Shown here one piece after another: positions 1 through 13,062 of a stretch of DNA of 64,000 nt. The first letter of the stretch is position 1, and each line of letters begins with the position of its first letter. The notes beneath the pieces were generated by a model that saw only the letters and a program-made list of their open reading frames with translations, made no database searches and was not told the origin of the DNA. The DNA is taken from contig NC_058368.1 in the NCBI RefSeq assembly GCF_018350175.1, forward strand, positions 164,736,001-164,800,000, in the 5' to 3' direction. The DNA comes from Felis catus. Lineage: Eukaryota. Both the position numbers and the translations under genes were made by a program.

Positions 1-3000
1 AACGAGTCAGTGCTGTCTGGAGAAAAGAAAGTGGACTCTGAAGGAGCAAGACCAATGAGTAGAGCATGTGGGAGAAACAGTCTCTAACTCAGACTTTTCA
101 TTGACTTCCCAGGTATCTACTGTGCTCTCTCTTCACTCCTCTTACATAATTCTAGCCCTCACTCCAGAAATTTATTTTACTTTTTCGGATATTCAAGATG
201 TTCAAATTGCATCGGTGAAATATACACTGCCAAAACTTTTTTTTTGCAAAATTCTACCCTAATAGGTTTATATAGTTGCATAGTCATATCCTCTTGTTCA
301 CTAACAAGGAAAGCAAACCTGTAACATTTTATTTTATTGGAAGAAGGATAGAGATGAGACTTTAATTTTGTAAATAAATTTATAAAATACTAGGATGCTA
401 ACTTTCTGCATTAATTTTGGGATATGATCTTATAAATTTTTATTTTGAGAAACTAGATTTATTATTGGCTGAACTTAGCCTGACATCCTCAAAAAAGTGA
501 ATTTTAGTGCAGAATATAGACAGCCTTAATCCAGATAACAATATAATACTTTAGCAGCCAATCCTGACAAGACCATTCAGGATGCAATCTAGTGCTGCTA
601 GTAACAATATACATCGCTGAAGATAAACCCAGAATAAATAACATGCTTGATGCTTCTAATTTCTTAAAATCAACATAAAAACCTTGCAAGTTATTTCATG
701 CCAGGTTTGACAGGTGGTGATAATGTTTGAGGAGTCATAGAGTATGCTGCCGTGATAGCAATGAATAGTGCAGCATTTGAGGTGTGCTTGGGTAGAGAGT
801 GAAACAAACCTCAGGAAGTTAAATTGAAGTGTGTCATAACATACCACTTTGCTGAGATGTCTTTAAACTACCTTGAAATATTTTCTACTTTTCAAAAGTT
901 TCAGAGATCAGCAATGCAGAAAATGGCATTCAGATGAAAAGATGGATGGTAATTGTACAAAATTAAGAGTTTGAAGAGAACAGAAAACTCTGTATCACAA
1001 AGTTAAGATTTCTTTTTTATCTGTGACTTTATCTGTGCTTTGCGTAAAGTATTCCTACTTCATATGTATAATTTCTACTAATTACAGGTTTTCACGTTGT
1101 TTCTTTGTGCATTATGAACCTTCACCTCTGAATACTCATATCGAAGGTTTTTCATGCTGTTTTTTTTTGGGGGGGGATATCCACATAAAGTCAGATAAGT
1201 GTTATTTCTAGTATTACACTAAACTGTGCAGTGGATAGTATTGTGACAATCAGAATAAAGATATTATGAAATATTTTCTGTATGAGCTACTAAGTGTAGG
1301 AACATACTGTTTGGAATATGCTTCCTAAACTGAGTTTAAAAATTAGACAGAAATGACATTTTCAATTGACTCTCTAAAAAAAAAATCAAAATGACAATCC
1401 GTACCAAACACAAAATAGATTATATAAAAGTTTCATGATCTTATTTTTTAGACCAAGGAAAACTTGTTTTTTAACTGTTATCTTCAGTTTATTTAAGAGC
1501 AAAATTGATAAATGTGTTTATATCCTTGCTCCTAGGAATATTTTAAAGTCAAGGGAGATGTGTTTATCTTCTTTCATGTGGAATGCTATCTGTGACTGTT
1601 GGAAGAATTCCTGTATTTTTATTCCTTCAATTTAATATAACATTAATATATATATTATTGAATTTTTACCAAAGTCAGTACTCATGTTCGTTGCAAAATT
1701 TTCTCAAAGATAGGTAGGCCGTGGCCCAGGGCTAGGGTCCTTATGTAAGTAGACTCCAGTTAAGAAAGGTTTAAATAGAAAAATTTTTTAATGTATACCA
1801 AAATCAGAACATAATAATTCATTCTTTTCTAGATATCTAAACTTCCAAATAAGTTGACTGTGATTTAGCTAAAAGAGACCTTTAGAAAATGTAGAAACAT
1901 CTATAGTAATAGACTAAAGAACCGATGGAAGACCAGAGGAAGAATTTGCTAATTTGGCTTATTATCATTTTCAAAAGAAGAATATACTATATTAATATCA
2001 TGTAAAAAGTCTTCTTTTTTATTATACAATGGAGACTGTAAAACGGGATATTCATTTTGACTCTTCTTTTAAGTAGTTTTATGACCTTGGATAATTTTTC
2101 TCATTTGCAAATGAGACATTTTAAAATTCCTTATATTTCTCATTGTATAAATATATTATTTCCTATCCTCACCACAGTAAACATTTTTTCATTAGTGAGG
2201 GCAATCAAATATAAATTCTGCACAGTGGAATATTTATAAAATATTTTTATCTATGAATGTAGCCTTGTGAAAAAGATGAATTTTGATACTAGTGAAGCCT
2301 TTTGATAATTCCATTAAAAAGAATTTATTTGAATATTTCTTATTTCTATGTAAGATTTCATGCTTAAAACATAAACTATGCAAGACGACATGTTAGCAAG
2401 CATGGAAAAACAAATTCTCCTTCCATTGAGTAGCATCCAATATCACAAGCAAACAACGCTGAGCAAAGCTGTGGATTTCACCCTGTAAATCATAATTCAG
2501 TTTGAATGTGATTCTTCTATGTTAAGTGATAAATTTTCTTCTGGTGTTCAAGCAGTAGGACAGGTCCCTGTGGTGGGAACATATGTCTGTCTTTAAAACT
2601 GCTGATTTGAAATGGTACCTCTTCAAATGCTCTCATTATAAACAACCTTTTATAATGACTCCATCTCTTCCTTTTAACAAGATAATTTTCTAAAATGAAT
2701 TTACTGTCTGTTTAAGAACTCTGTGACCATCTCTAGAGATGCTTCTTAGACACTAAATTTATTTTAGAAATTAATATTGTTAGAAGATAACATAGAGCCA
2801 CAATAGAAGGTTAAAAGGAAACTCCTCCCATAGTCCTGACAGAAAAGAGAAAGCAATCTTAAATCTTGGCTTCTCTCCTCATACATACAATAAGGGTGCC
2901 AATAAGTGCTGATTATGATGGTGGTTTTTATGAGGTAGACACCTGTTAAGTAGGAACTGGACTGTAACCATCAACTCATTTCCCACACACCACTAAACAG

Positions 3001-5133
3001 CTATCCATTTCTAATGACTTTTGGCCAATGTTCATTTCTAGGCCAGTAGTTCTAATATGGCCCAGGTTGCTATTGCACTGTTTAAGCTTCCTTATGTATA
3101 AGAATGAAACAAAACTGAAATGTTCTCTTTTGAGCAGAAATATAATACAAAGTGGTACATTACATCATGATAAAATTAAAACTAATTTTGACTAAAATAT
3201 TATTCTCATGTGTAAGTACAGGAAATATGTATGTGTGTATATAACGCTCATGTAAAAGACACATGTACTCTTAATGTTATAGCCATATATGTGTGTAAGT
3301 TCATAAAGAGAGGTATTCATGAATACATCACAACATTGCTTCAGACAACCTTAATATTGAATAGTGCTGCTATGCACATGTACACCCCATAGGGTTTTTA
3401 TGCAGTATTTCCAAAGCACAGCTCCAGATATATTAATACCTTAGTAAAATATCTTCACTGGCATCCTATTTCTTATAATTTCTGAGCAAGGTGATCAAAG
3501 CCCTCCATAATCTACCCAGTCTACTTTTCTAGGCTTATCTTCAGGTATCTCCTTCCTTCTCCACATGAACCTATACCTTTTGTTCCAGTTATATCTAGCT
3601 GATCTTTACTTCATTATAGACCCTATACTTTCCTAACTCTGTACATTTTCTCATATTATTCTCACTGACTAAAAGTCCACCCCCTCCTATAAGGCTGCTT
3701 AGAAAACCTGTGTTAATTTCCCCAAGTCCTATTCAAGTGTTGTCTTCATACATTCTTCCTCTGCCCTCTTATTCAGAATTAATCTTTCTTTAACACTCAC
3801 CTAGTAATTTATACCTCTCTCCTATATTTGATCAACCATGTGAATATTTTACTCTCAAATCATTTTATTTGTTCAAATGCTTATATTCCTGACTGGACTA
3901 TAAATTACATGGAATCCGGGGCTATACCCCTAACGGTTGGCCAAAGACAATGCCATGTTCTAACATGTACAGGAGCCAATGTGTGACAAGAGTGATGTGG
4001 AAGGAAGGCTGTAAACAGAGTCTAGGCTGTCAGTTGGTAAACGAGAAACTCTTAAAAATGCTTCTTGATTATATTCTCTACATTTCTGTTGGTTCACACT
4101 ACTTCCTTGAAAATATTTTTCATTTCTTTCTTAACGTAATGCTTATGTCAGTTATTACTTTAATTTTTTTTTGTGAAAAAGGTGTCCTTTTGAGACTTTT
4201 CCTCCTCTTCAACTCTATATAGAGGGTTCACTATATGAAAATGTTAATGGAAACTCAAGAGATGCTTATTGGTGTGCCCTATTTCAATAAGTCAGTCTAA
4301 CATCCAGATGAAAAATCTGCTGTGATTTTCACATTTAAAAACTGAGATACCATCTGACGACTGGAAAGCAATATGCAAATAGACTTGCTGTGATTTTAAG
4401 CAGCTTTCTCTGTAATTCAGATTTGCACAGTGCAGAAAGTCTCCTGTGCTTTCCACACATGTCCAATGTAATTGTTCTATCTGATATGAACCTGTCCCCT
4501 TGTCCCAATGCTAAAAATAGTACTATGGGAACTAAATTAGGCTGGGAGAAAGAGACTGAGCCTACCAAGTATTTTCAGAACAACCCCAAAGGTTTTTCTC
4601 TGTTCATCTAATTTGGAAATGACATTGGTGTTAAGACTCTAGTGGATCAGTTCCAGCCCAGACTACCCTGGTTTTATGTATGTATGAAATGAAATGAGCT
4701 TTGGGTTATAGCTAATCAGCTTAATAACAGTATCAGCATCTGCTCAGTCTTACTGCTATTCATAACCTTGGTTGGGTTCCTTTTTTGCATCCCAGTCTCC
4801 CAGCATGTAGATTCTTATCTTATAACCCAACTCAGTGTCTTGTACCTAAGAGATAGTTTCCAACTGTTGATGCCCATTTCTTCCTTTTATACTGCTACAT
4901 TTATTCTACCTAGATATTCCCTTTTTACTGCTCTCCGATATTTATAGAGTTTAGCAATCTTGCCATGCCTTGCTTGGCTGTTTATCCTGTATTTTTTATC
5001 TCTGCACCTCACAGGGTGGTTTTGATTTTTAATACTATCTTCCAACACTTTGCTTGCTCTTACTATACATATTTCTTGCTTCATACTCTTGGCTTAGAAA
5101 AACATCCATTCATCATTTACCCATTTCATAAGT

Positions 5134-5250
5134 GTTTGTTTGTTTTAAGATTTTATTTTTTAAGTAATCTCTGCACCCAATGTGGGGTTCGAACTCCCAA
5201 ACTCAAGATCAAGAGTGTCATGCTCTACCAACTGAGCTAGCCAGGCACTG
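5134..5250 (-). mobile_element. Short tRNA-Lys(CTT)-derived SINE lacking the CT-rich middle
   Basis: Minus strand GCCTGGCTAGCTCAGTTGGTAGAGCATGACACTCTTGATC...GTTCGAACCCCACATTGGGTG resembles tRNA-Lys, followed by AGAGATTACTTAAAAAATAAAATCTT and an A-rich tail. Confidence 0.8.
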
Positions 5251-6130
5251 CACAAATCTGTTTTAATGCCTGTATTCTTCCTGTTGACCCTCTAGTACCT
5301 GTTTTAAATGCCATTCTGTTAACATCTAATTTAGAAGACAACTGATAACTAATATTCCCACTATCAATAAGTATGTCTCCTCTTCATATGTTGAATTTAA
5401 TAGGCCCTCTAGAAATGTATAAATAGTATTTCAGGCCTTAACTCCTGCCTTTTAATTTTCAGGTCCCAACTTAAATTAGCAAGAGAACTTAAGAACTAGT
5501 AATGAACTACACTTAGTTTGCTAACTAATTGTCTATAGTTTCCTCTTCCTGGAAAGAGGGTGTTATGTAACTCCATACTTTCTGCTCTCAGTCATAGATG
5601 CTTGTATCTTCATTGTGCACCTTCCCTAAGATCAATAAGTCTATAGACTGACAAGTCATCTGTAGCTTGCCCTAGTTTGAAAAGATGAAGAGAACCAGTT
5701 GGATTACCCCATTTAGCAATTTGAAGTAAGAAAAGTTAGATAGCCATGGAAACTCAGCATGGAAGGATGATATGAGATAGAATTACATCTATGAAGAAAG
5801 ATTCAATTTATGAAGACCCAGAAATCGTGAGGGAAGTTAAACAAAATGAAGTAAGGGACATTTATACAGGAAAGAAAATGAAAATAAGGGACTGAAAAAT
5901 GGAAAATATTCAAGTCAAAACTTGACATTAATAGGCAGAGCATCAGCTGGGAGGCCTCAAAATTCTTACTGTCAAACTTTTTGGAACTGTAATGAATCCT
6001 TCCAATTTTAATAGAAGAGATCTCTCCTCACAAGATCTAGTGGGGTTCTTATATTTCTACATTTGTCTTTCCTAATATACATTGATAATATGAACATTAT
6101 TATGCCTATTTTAAAAAAAAAATTCCCACT

Positions 6131-6343
6131 GGGGTGCCTGGGTGGCTTAGTCCGTTAAGTGTCCAATTTTGACTCAGGTCATAATCTTGTGGTCTGTGGG
6201 TTTGAGCCCCACATCAGGCTCTGTGCTGACAGCTCAAAGCCTGGAGCCTGCTTCAGATTCTATGTCTCCCTCTCTCTCTGCCCCTCCCCTGCTTGTGCTC
6301 TGAATCTTTCTCTCTCTCTCAAAAATAAATAAACATTAAAAAA
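6131..6343 (+). mobile_element. Carnivore SINE (CanSINE/SINEC)
   Basis: GGGGTGCCTGGGTGGCTTAGTC head, (CT)n tract, AATAAA plus A-tail; TSD AAAAAAAAATTCCCA on both sides. Confidence 0.93.
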
Positions 6344-6866
6344 AAATTCCCATTACTTGAAATAATTTCAGTGTGCCTCTGTTGTTTGCAACCAAAAGTG
6401 CCAAAATACAATATGGGGTTTATTTTTTGCCCACCATCTGCACCTGCTGCATCAAAAGTAATAAATATCAAAGGATGAATTATTCCTAAAACAGGACTAT
6501 TTTCTTCTTGTTTGAATGCCTTCATAATTTTAATTTACTGACCTAAAAATCATGTATAACATAATTTCAAAATTAATTATGATGGTAAAATATTTGTATA
6601 TGATAAAAATATTGATATGGTTTTATATATTGATATTGATATATATTTATATCAATATCAATATTTATATAAAAGTAAATATTCTTAGATCAGTTAAAAA
6701 GATAAACAGAACCTAATCTTATTAAAAGATAACATCCCATTCTTATTGAAATAAACTAAATTTTATGTAGTATCATGTTTTAATTTGTTTTCTATATTGA
6801 ACTAAATATTTTATGTGATTTGGTGATATATGATTAGAAGACATTATTCATTCTTTGTGAACCATT

Positions 6867-7400
6867 GTGTTAGGCAGCCATGAGGCTGGCCTCAGTGATC
6901 ATCACCTCTGGTATTCATGCTCTTCTGCAATTTCCTCTCCTTGAGTAAGGTCTAGGATTACTGACTTGCTTTGAACAAATAGAAATGGCACAAGTGATTG
7001 TAAGTTACTTCCTAGATTAAGTTTCTCAAGGAGACTGTGGCTTCCATTTTGTAGTCTCAGTGTTGCCCTCTTACTTGGTAGCTCTGAAGGAAGGTGCGCT
7101 GATTGTAAAGGCCAGAAAAACAGCCATGAATTGAGACCCTTAGTCCAACAGTCAACAAGAATTGAATCCTGCCAAAAACTATGTAAATGGGTTTGGGAGC
7201 ATATCCTCCCCCCTGTCGAGCCTTCATATGAGAATCAGCCCTGGCTAATACCTTGATCACAGGCCTCTGTGGGACACTGAAGCAGGGGTACCCAGCTAGT
7301 CCTGCTGTGATTCATCACCTACAGAAACTAAAATAATAATTTGTTGATTTATTCACTGTGTTTTAGAACAATTATTTAATCAGCAATAGGTAACTAATGT
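6867..7400 (+). mobile_element. Ancient MaLR (MLT1-type) solo LTR
   Basis: MLT1-like motifs: TGACTTGCTTTGAACAAATAGAAATGGCA, TTGAATCCTGCCAA, and 3' end CAGCAATAGGTAACTAAT. Recognised by recall. Confidence 0.65.
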
Positions 7401-7769
7401 TGCCATAAAAATTGTTAGTTTTTATTGTTGAAAATTATAAAGATGAACAAAAGTGCCTAGTTGTGAAAATAATGAAATACCATCTTATTATTTCCAGGGA
7501 GATAATAAAGGAGAGGATCTCACTTGTCTCCTCTAATATTCCTATACGTAGTAGCAATCATCAGATTTAAAATCTAAATATTTCTCCTTGTTAATTCTTG
7601 CTAGATTAAAAAGTTGTTACAATGTGCTATGATCAATAACTAATAACCCACCATATCTACATACCAGTTTTTGTAAAATATCAACATAACTTTTTGTCCA
7701 TTACACTTCAGCTTCACTGATTTTCTACAGAGTATTTTCTTCTTTTGTGAGTTGATTTTTTATACCTGC

Positions 7770-8730
7770 TTTACTTAATCTATTGCTATTATACAAATCA
7801 CTCCAAAACTAGGTGGCAAAAATAACAACCATTTATTTGCACATGATTCTGAAACAAGGTTCATTTTTGTTCAGTGTAATCGGCTGGGGTCTCTCATGCA
7901 TTGCATTTGTTTAGGAATTTGATTAGAGCTGAAATATCCAACATGCCTTAGATCACATGAAATGTGCCTCACTGACTATGCCTGGAACAGCTACGGCCTG
8001 GCCAGGCAACTTTTATTTTCTCTGATTGGTTTCTACAGCAGATTAGCCAGAACTTTTTACATGATAGCTCAGGGCTCCAAGAGATTGAAAGGGGAAGCTG
8101 CCAGACCTTTTTAGGGCAAGGCAAGGTGCATGTTGGTTTGCAACCCTCCCATGAGCTTTCCTGGTATAATCTGAAATTGGCTTCTGTACTCAGAGGGCAA
8201 GGACAGACCAAAGAAAGAGGCAGGCCAACCCCAATTGGTAGGTGGCAGTTTGAATAAACAAAGGAAACTCATATACTGGCTTGTCTGGTGTGACAGCAAG
8301 ACAAATGAATCCACACAACCACCTGCCAGATCTTAAAAGTGTATAAAGAGGACCCATCTGGCCTCAGTCACATATACCATGCACTTGCTTTTGACACCAC
8401 AATACTATCTGAAGGCTATGTCCTTGGTGCAGCCTCTGGGAGTGAGAAAGTAAGTGGAACCCATGTTCCAAGGATAAGGGAAGGAGTGAGGACACTCAGA
8501 GTATCCAGGCCCAGTGCACAGGCCCATCAGTGGTCATGTCCTTTTGATCATGTTTCCCAACAGGATGGGACTAATTCAGTGTCATTTTCACTATACTCCA
8601 TTGATAAAAATAATTCCCAAGACCAACCCAGAATATTATAGGTGAAATAGTGCGATACCTTGATGAGAGGAACAGCATCTGCCTACTGGAATGGAAGAGA
8701 TGATGGTGGTCATCTTTGAGAATTATATAT
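7770..8730 (-). mobile_element. MLT1-type LTR relic interrupted by a second ERV-like solo LTR (about 8165-8562)
   Basis: CTATTGCT..ACAAATCACTCCAAAACT is the reverse of an MLT1 3' end. An internal GC-richer block ends ...TTCCCAACA (a TGTTGGGAA LTR start on the minus strand). No clear TSD. Confidence 0.45.
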
Positions 8731-10683
8731 GACCATGCCCAGGAGCTTTAGCTGTGTGATACCTGTTACTGGTTATGGATTCTAGAAAGAAAGATTTGCT
8801 AATAGTCAAAGCTTGCTGAACTAAAATATGTGTTGCTTTATAATATATAATATGTAACGTATTTATACACACACAAATGAAGTGAAAATCATTTCTTTCT
8901 TCTGTAGATTTGAAATTATAACTCTTAAGACCATAAATCCTAGAAAAGGTGGAAGAGACTGAAACATTTTTAGATGGAGCAAGGGATATTAAAGTCCCAA
9001 AATAAACACTGAGTGGCAGAGGAGTCAGCAGAAACTTTAAAGTTTTGTGGAAAAAGACGATGAAAGGAAAGCATTGAGAAAAAAAAAAAGTAGGTAAAGA
9101 TAATCTTTAAAGAGTTAGAACAGTGCCTGCCTCTATAGTTTAAACAACCGAGAAGAGATGCAGTTTCCCTGTCAAAAGATATTAATAAAAGAAATAGCCA
9201 CATGATATGTTCTAGAGATTTATAGTCCACATTGTGATTTTTTTTGAGCCCCTGTTGCTTTCAGAAGTATGGTATTCACATTGTTAAAAATACAGTGGGA
9301 GTGAGATAAACTGTATTTGTAATCTTAAAATTTTAGCTTGCTTTAAAATATGAAATCTTATCTTATTTTTGGAGGAGGATTGAGGAGGGTGCTATCAGTC
9401 AGTAAAAGTAAATGGAAGGACTTACATAAGGTATTTGAAGTAGGATGTAATGTGCACATTATAGTTCAGGGAATTTGTGGAAGCCTGGTATCAAACAAAT
9501 AATACTGCAGAAACTGAATTAAAGGCATACTCCTAGACAATTAGAATGATGTCTAAAGACTACATTAATTCTGCAATATTTAATTTGTGTATTAACTGCA
9601 ATTAAACCATCTTTAATTAACACTTAAATCTATTCCAGAATGATTTATATTAAACAGTTTGCTAAGAAATGATACTAAAATATTGGTCTTATTTATATAT
9701 AACACTTTAATTGAGATGTAATTATATACCTTAAGATTTACACATTTAAAATGTATAATTCAGTGGTTTTTAGTATATTCACAGAGTTGTGCAACCATTA
9801 CTACAGTTTAATTATAGAACATTTTCATCACCCCCAAAGTAATTCTGGTACACATTAGCAGTCACTCCCATTGCTACCCAGCACCCCACACCCAAGTCTG
9901 GGCAACCACTAACCTATTTTCCATCCCTATAAAGTGTTTATTCTGAACATATCACAAAATGTTATCATATATTGTTTTTATGAGTGGACTCTTAAACATA
10001 TGTTTTTAAGATTCATCCATATTTTAAAATGTATGAGTGCCTAATTCTTCGTTATTGCTGAATAATACTCTCTTGATACATTACCTTCATTTTGACCATT
10101 CAGCAATTGGTAGGCATTTGAATTGTTTCTACTTTTTGGTTATTGAAGAATAATTATGCTTATGACCATTCATGTATGAGTTCACAAATGGACATATATT
10201 TTCATTTCTGGTGGCTATATCTAGGAGTGGAATTGCTGGGTCATATGGTAAGTCTATGTTTAACATTTTAAGGAACTGCCAAAAAACTTTTCCAAAGAGG
10301 CTTCACCATTTTACGTTGCAACAGCCACAAATGAGAATTCTGATTTCTCTACATCCTCTTGTTATTGTCTCTCTTTTTTATTATAACCATCTTGGTGAAA
10401 ATGAAGTGGTATCTCAAGGTGGTTTTGGTTTACATTCCTTAATGACTAATGATCTTGAGAATCTTTTCTTGTACTTATTAGCTATTTGTATATCTTCTTG
10501 GAAGAAATGTGTATTCAGATTGTTTGACCAATTATTGATTGGATTGTCTTTGTTTATTGAGTTATAAGGGTTCTTTATATATTCTGGAGACAAGATCATT
10601 TAGATGTATGATTTGAAATATTTACTAGCATTCTGTAGGTTATCTTTTAACTCTCTTGATGGTATTGTTTTGAGCAGAAACAT

Positions 10684-10877
10684 TTTTATTTTTATTTTTC
10701 TTAGAGATTGAGAGCAGGGAAGGAACAGATTGAAAGGGAAAAGGAGAGAATTCCAAGTGAGCTCCACACCCAGTGCGGAGGAGCTGGACTCAAGATTGTG
10801 TCTCACTACCTTGAGATCATAACCTGAGCTGAAATCAAGAGTCAGACACTTAACCGACTAAGCCACCCAGACACCCC
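10684..10877 (-). mobile_element. Carnivore SINE inside old L1
   Basis: Reverse SINE head CACCCAGACACCCC; T-rich tail; TSD AGCA(G/C)AAACATTTT. Confidence 0.88.
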
Positions 10878-12834
10878 AAAGCACAAACATTTTAAAATTG
10901 GATTTAGTCCAATTTACCTATTTTTCCTTTACTGTTTGCAATTTTGGTATTATATCTAAGAAAATATTGCCTAATCCATGGTCACCAATTTACCTATTTT
11001 TCCTTTACTGTTTGTAAGTTTGGTATTGTATCTAAGAAAATATTGACTAACCCATGGTCACCAAGGTTTACTCACATGTTTACTTCTTAAAAATTTTAGA
11101 GTTTTAGCTCTTACCTTTAAATCTAAGATACATTTTTGAGTTAATTTTTTATGTATGTTAAGAGTTAAGGATCCAACTTCTTTTTTCCATTTATTTATTT
11201 ATTTATTTACCGATTTATTTATTTATTTACCGATTTATTTATTTATTTATTTATTTATTTATTTGGTACCTTTGTTGAAAATCAGTTGGCCATAAATCAA
11301 ATTGTTATTTTTGGATCCTCGATTTTATTCCATTGATCTATATGTCTCTTCTTATATCAGTACCACACAGTCTGAATTATCATAGTTCCCCAATTGGTTC
11401 TTCTTTTTCAGGAGTGTATTAGTTACTTATGCATCTCTTGCATTTGCATATGAATTTTAGAATCAATTTGGTATCTTTTTTGCAGAAAAGGCAGTGGACA
11501 TATTCATAGGTATGTGTTGAACCTGTAGACCATTAGGGGTAGAATTGCCATCTTACCAACATTAAGTCTTGGAATCCATGAACAAGGGATGCCTTTCCAT
11601 CTTGTTAAACCTTAACTCCTTTCAGCAATAGTTTGTACTAATCAGTGTACAAATTTTATATTTCTTTAAAGTTTATTGATAAGAATTTTATGGTTGTTAA
11701 TGCTACTGGAAATAATTTCCTCAATTTTATTTTTGTACTTCTCATTGTTACTGTGTACAAATGCATTTGAGTTTTCAATTTGATCCTTTATCCTACAACC
11801 TAGATGAACTGTTTATTAGTTCTAATGTTTTTAGTGAATTTCTTAGGATTTTCTATTTGTAAGCTTATGTTCTCTGCAAATGGTGATACTTTCATGCCTT
11901 ACTTTCTAGTTTTTATTGCTTTTATTTCTTTTCTTTGACAAATTGTCCTAGCTAGAACTTCCATTACATGTGAATAGACAGCCTTGTTTGGTTCCTGATT
12001 TTAGAGGGAAAGTTTTCAGTTTCACCATTAACTGTAATTTTAATTGTGGATTTTCATACATACCCTTAATCAGGTTGTGGAAGTTCTCTTCTATTCCTAG
12101 TTTGAGTTTTTTTAATGAAAGGGTGTTGGATTTTGCTAAGTGAATCTTCTGTATCAAAAGAGATGATCATGTAGTTTCTTGCCATTTATTTTATTAATAT
12201 GGTCTGTTACATGAATTGATTCCCTTAAATTTAACCAACCTTTCATACCTCAGATAAATCCCATGTGGTTATGCTGTTTAACCCTATTGTTGAATTTGGT
12301 TTGATTGGATTTTGTTGAGGATTTTTGCATCTGTTTGCAGAGCATATTGGTTTGTAGTTTTCTTGTATATTGTTAGTCTAGGTTTGGTATCAGTTTTAGC
12401 TTTCATGGAATGACTTGGGAAGTGTTCCTTCATCTTCAGTTATTTTGAAGATTTTGTGAAGAATTAGTATTTATTCTTTTTTTTAGATGTTTAGGATGAT
12501 TCACCAGTGATGCCATTTAGGTTTGGGCTTTTCTTTTGAGAGAGTTACTTATTACTAATTCAAACTTTTTACTTGTTATAGTTCCATTCAGATATTATAC
12601 TTCCTCTTGAGTCACTTTTGGTAGATTTTGCCTTTCTAGGAGTTTGTTCAATCATTTAGTTTATCTATTTTGTTAGCTTACGGATGCTTACAGTATTTTC
12701 TATCATCTTCCCCCCCCCTTATAATTTTGTAGTAATTATTATTTTTCTTTTGTGATTTTAGTAGCTTGTGTCTTCTTTCTTTTTTTTTCTTAGCCAATGT
12801 AGCTAAAATTTGCCAATTTTGTTGACATTTTCTT

Positions 12835-13062
12835 TTCTTTTTCTTTTATTTTTTTTAGTTTCTTTATTTGAGACAGAGAGAGAGCGAATGAGTGCACAAG
12901 CGGGGGGAGGGGCAGAGAGAGAAGGAGAGACAGAATCTCAAGCAGGCTCCCTGCACCATCAGCACAGAGCCCAATGTGGGACTTACACTCATGAACTGTG
13001 ATATCATGACGAGCTGAGATCAAAAGTCAGACGCTTAACCGTCTGTGCCACCCAGGCGCCCC
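12835..13062 (-). mobile_element. Carnivore SINE inside old L1
   Basis: GCCACCCAGGCGCCCC reverse head, (GA)n tract, T-tail; TSD ACATTTTC. Confidence 0.92.

Noticed and set aside
5134..5250. Functional tRNA-Lys gene
   Set aside because: Multiple substitutions relative to tRNA-Lys, plus a SINE-type tail shared with 59577-59688.
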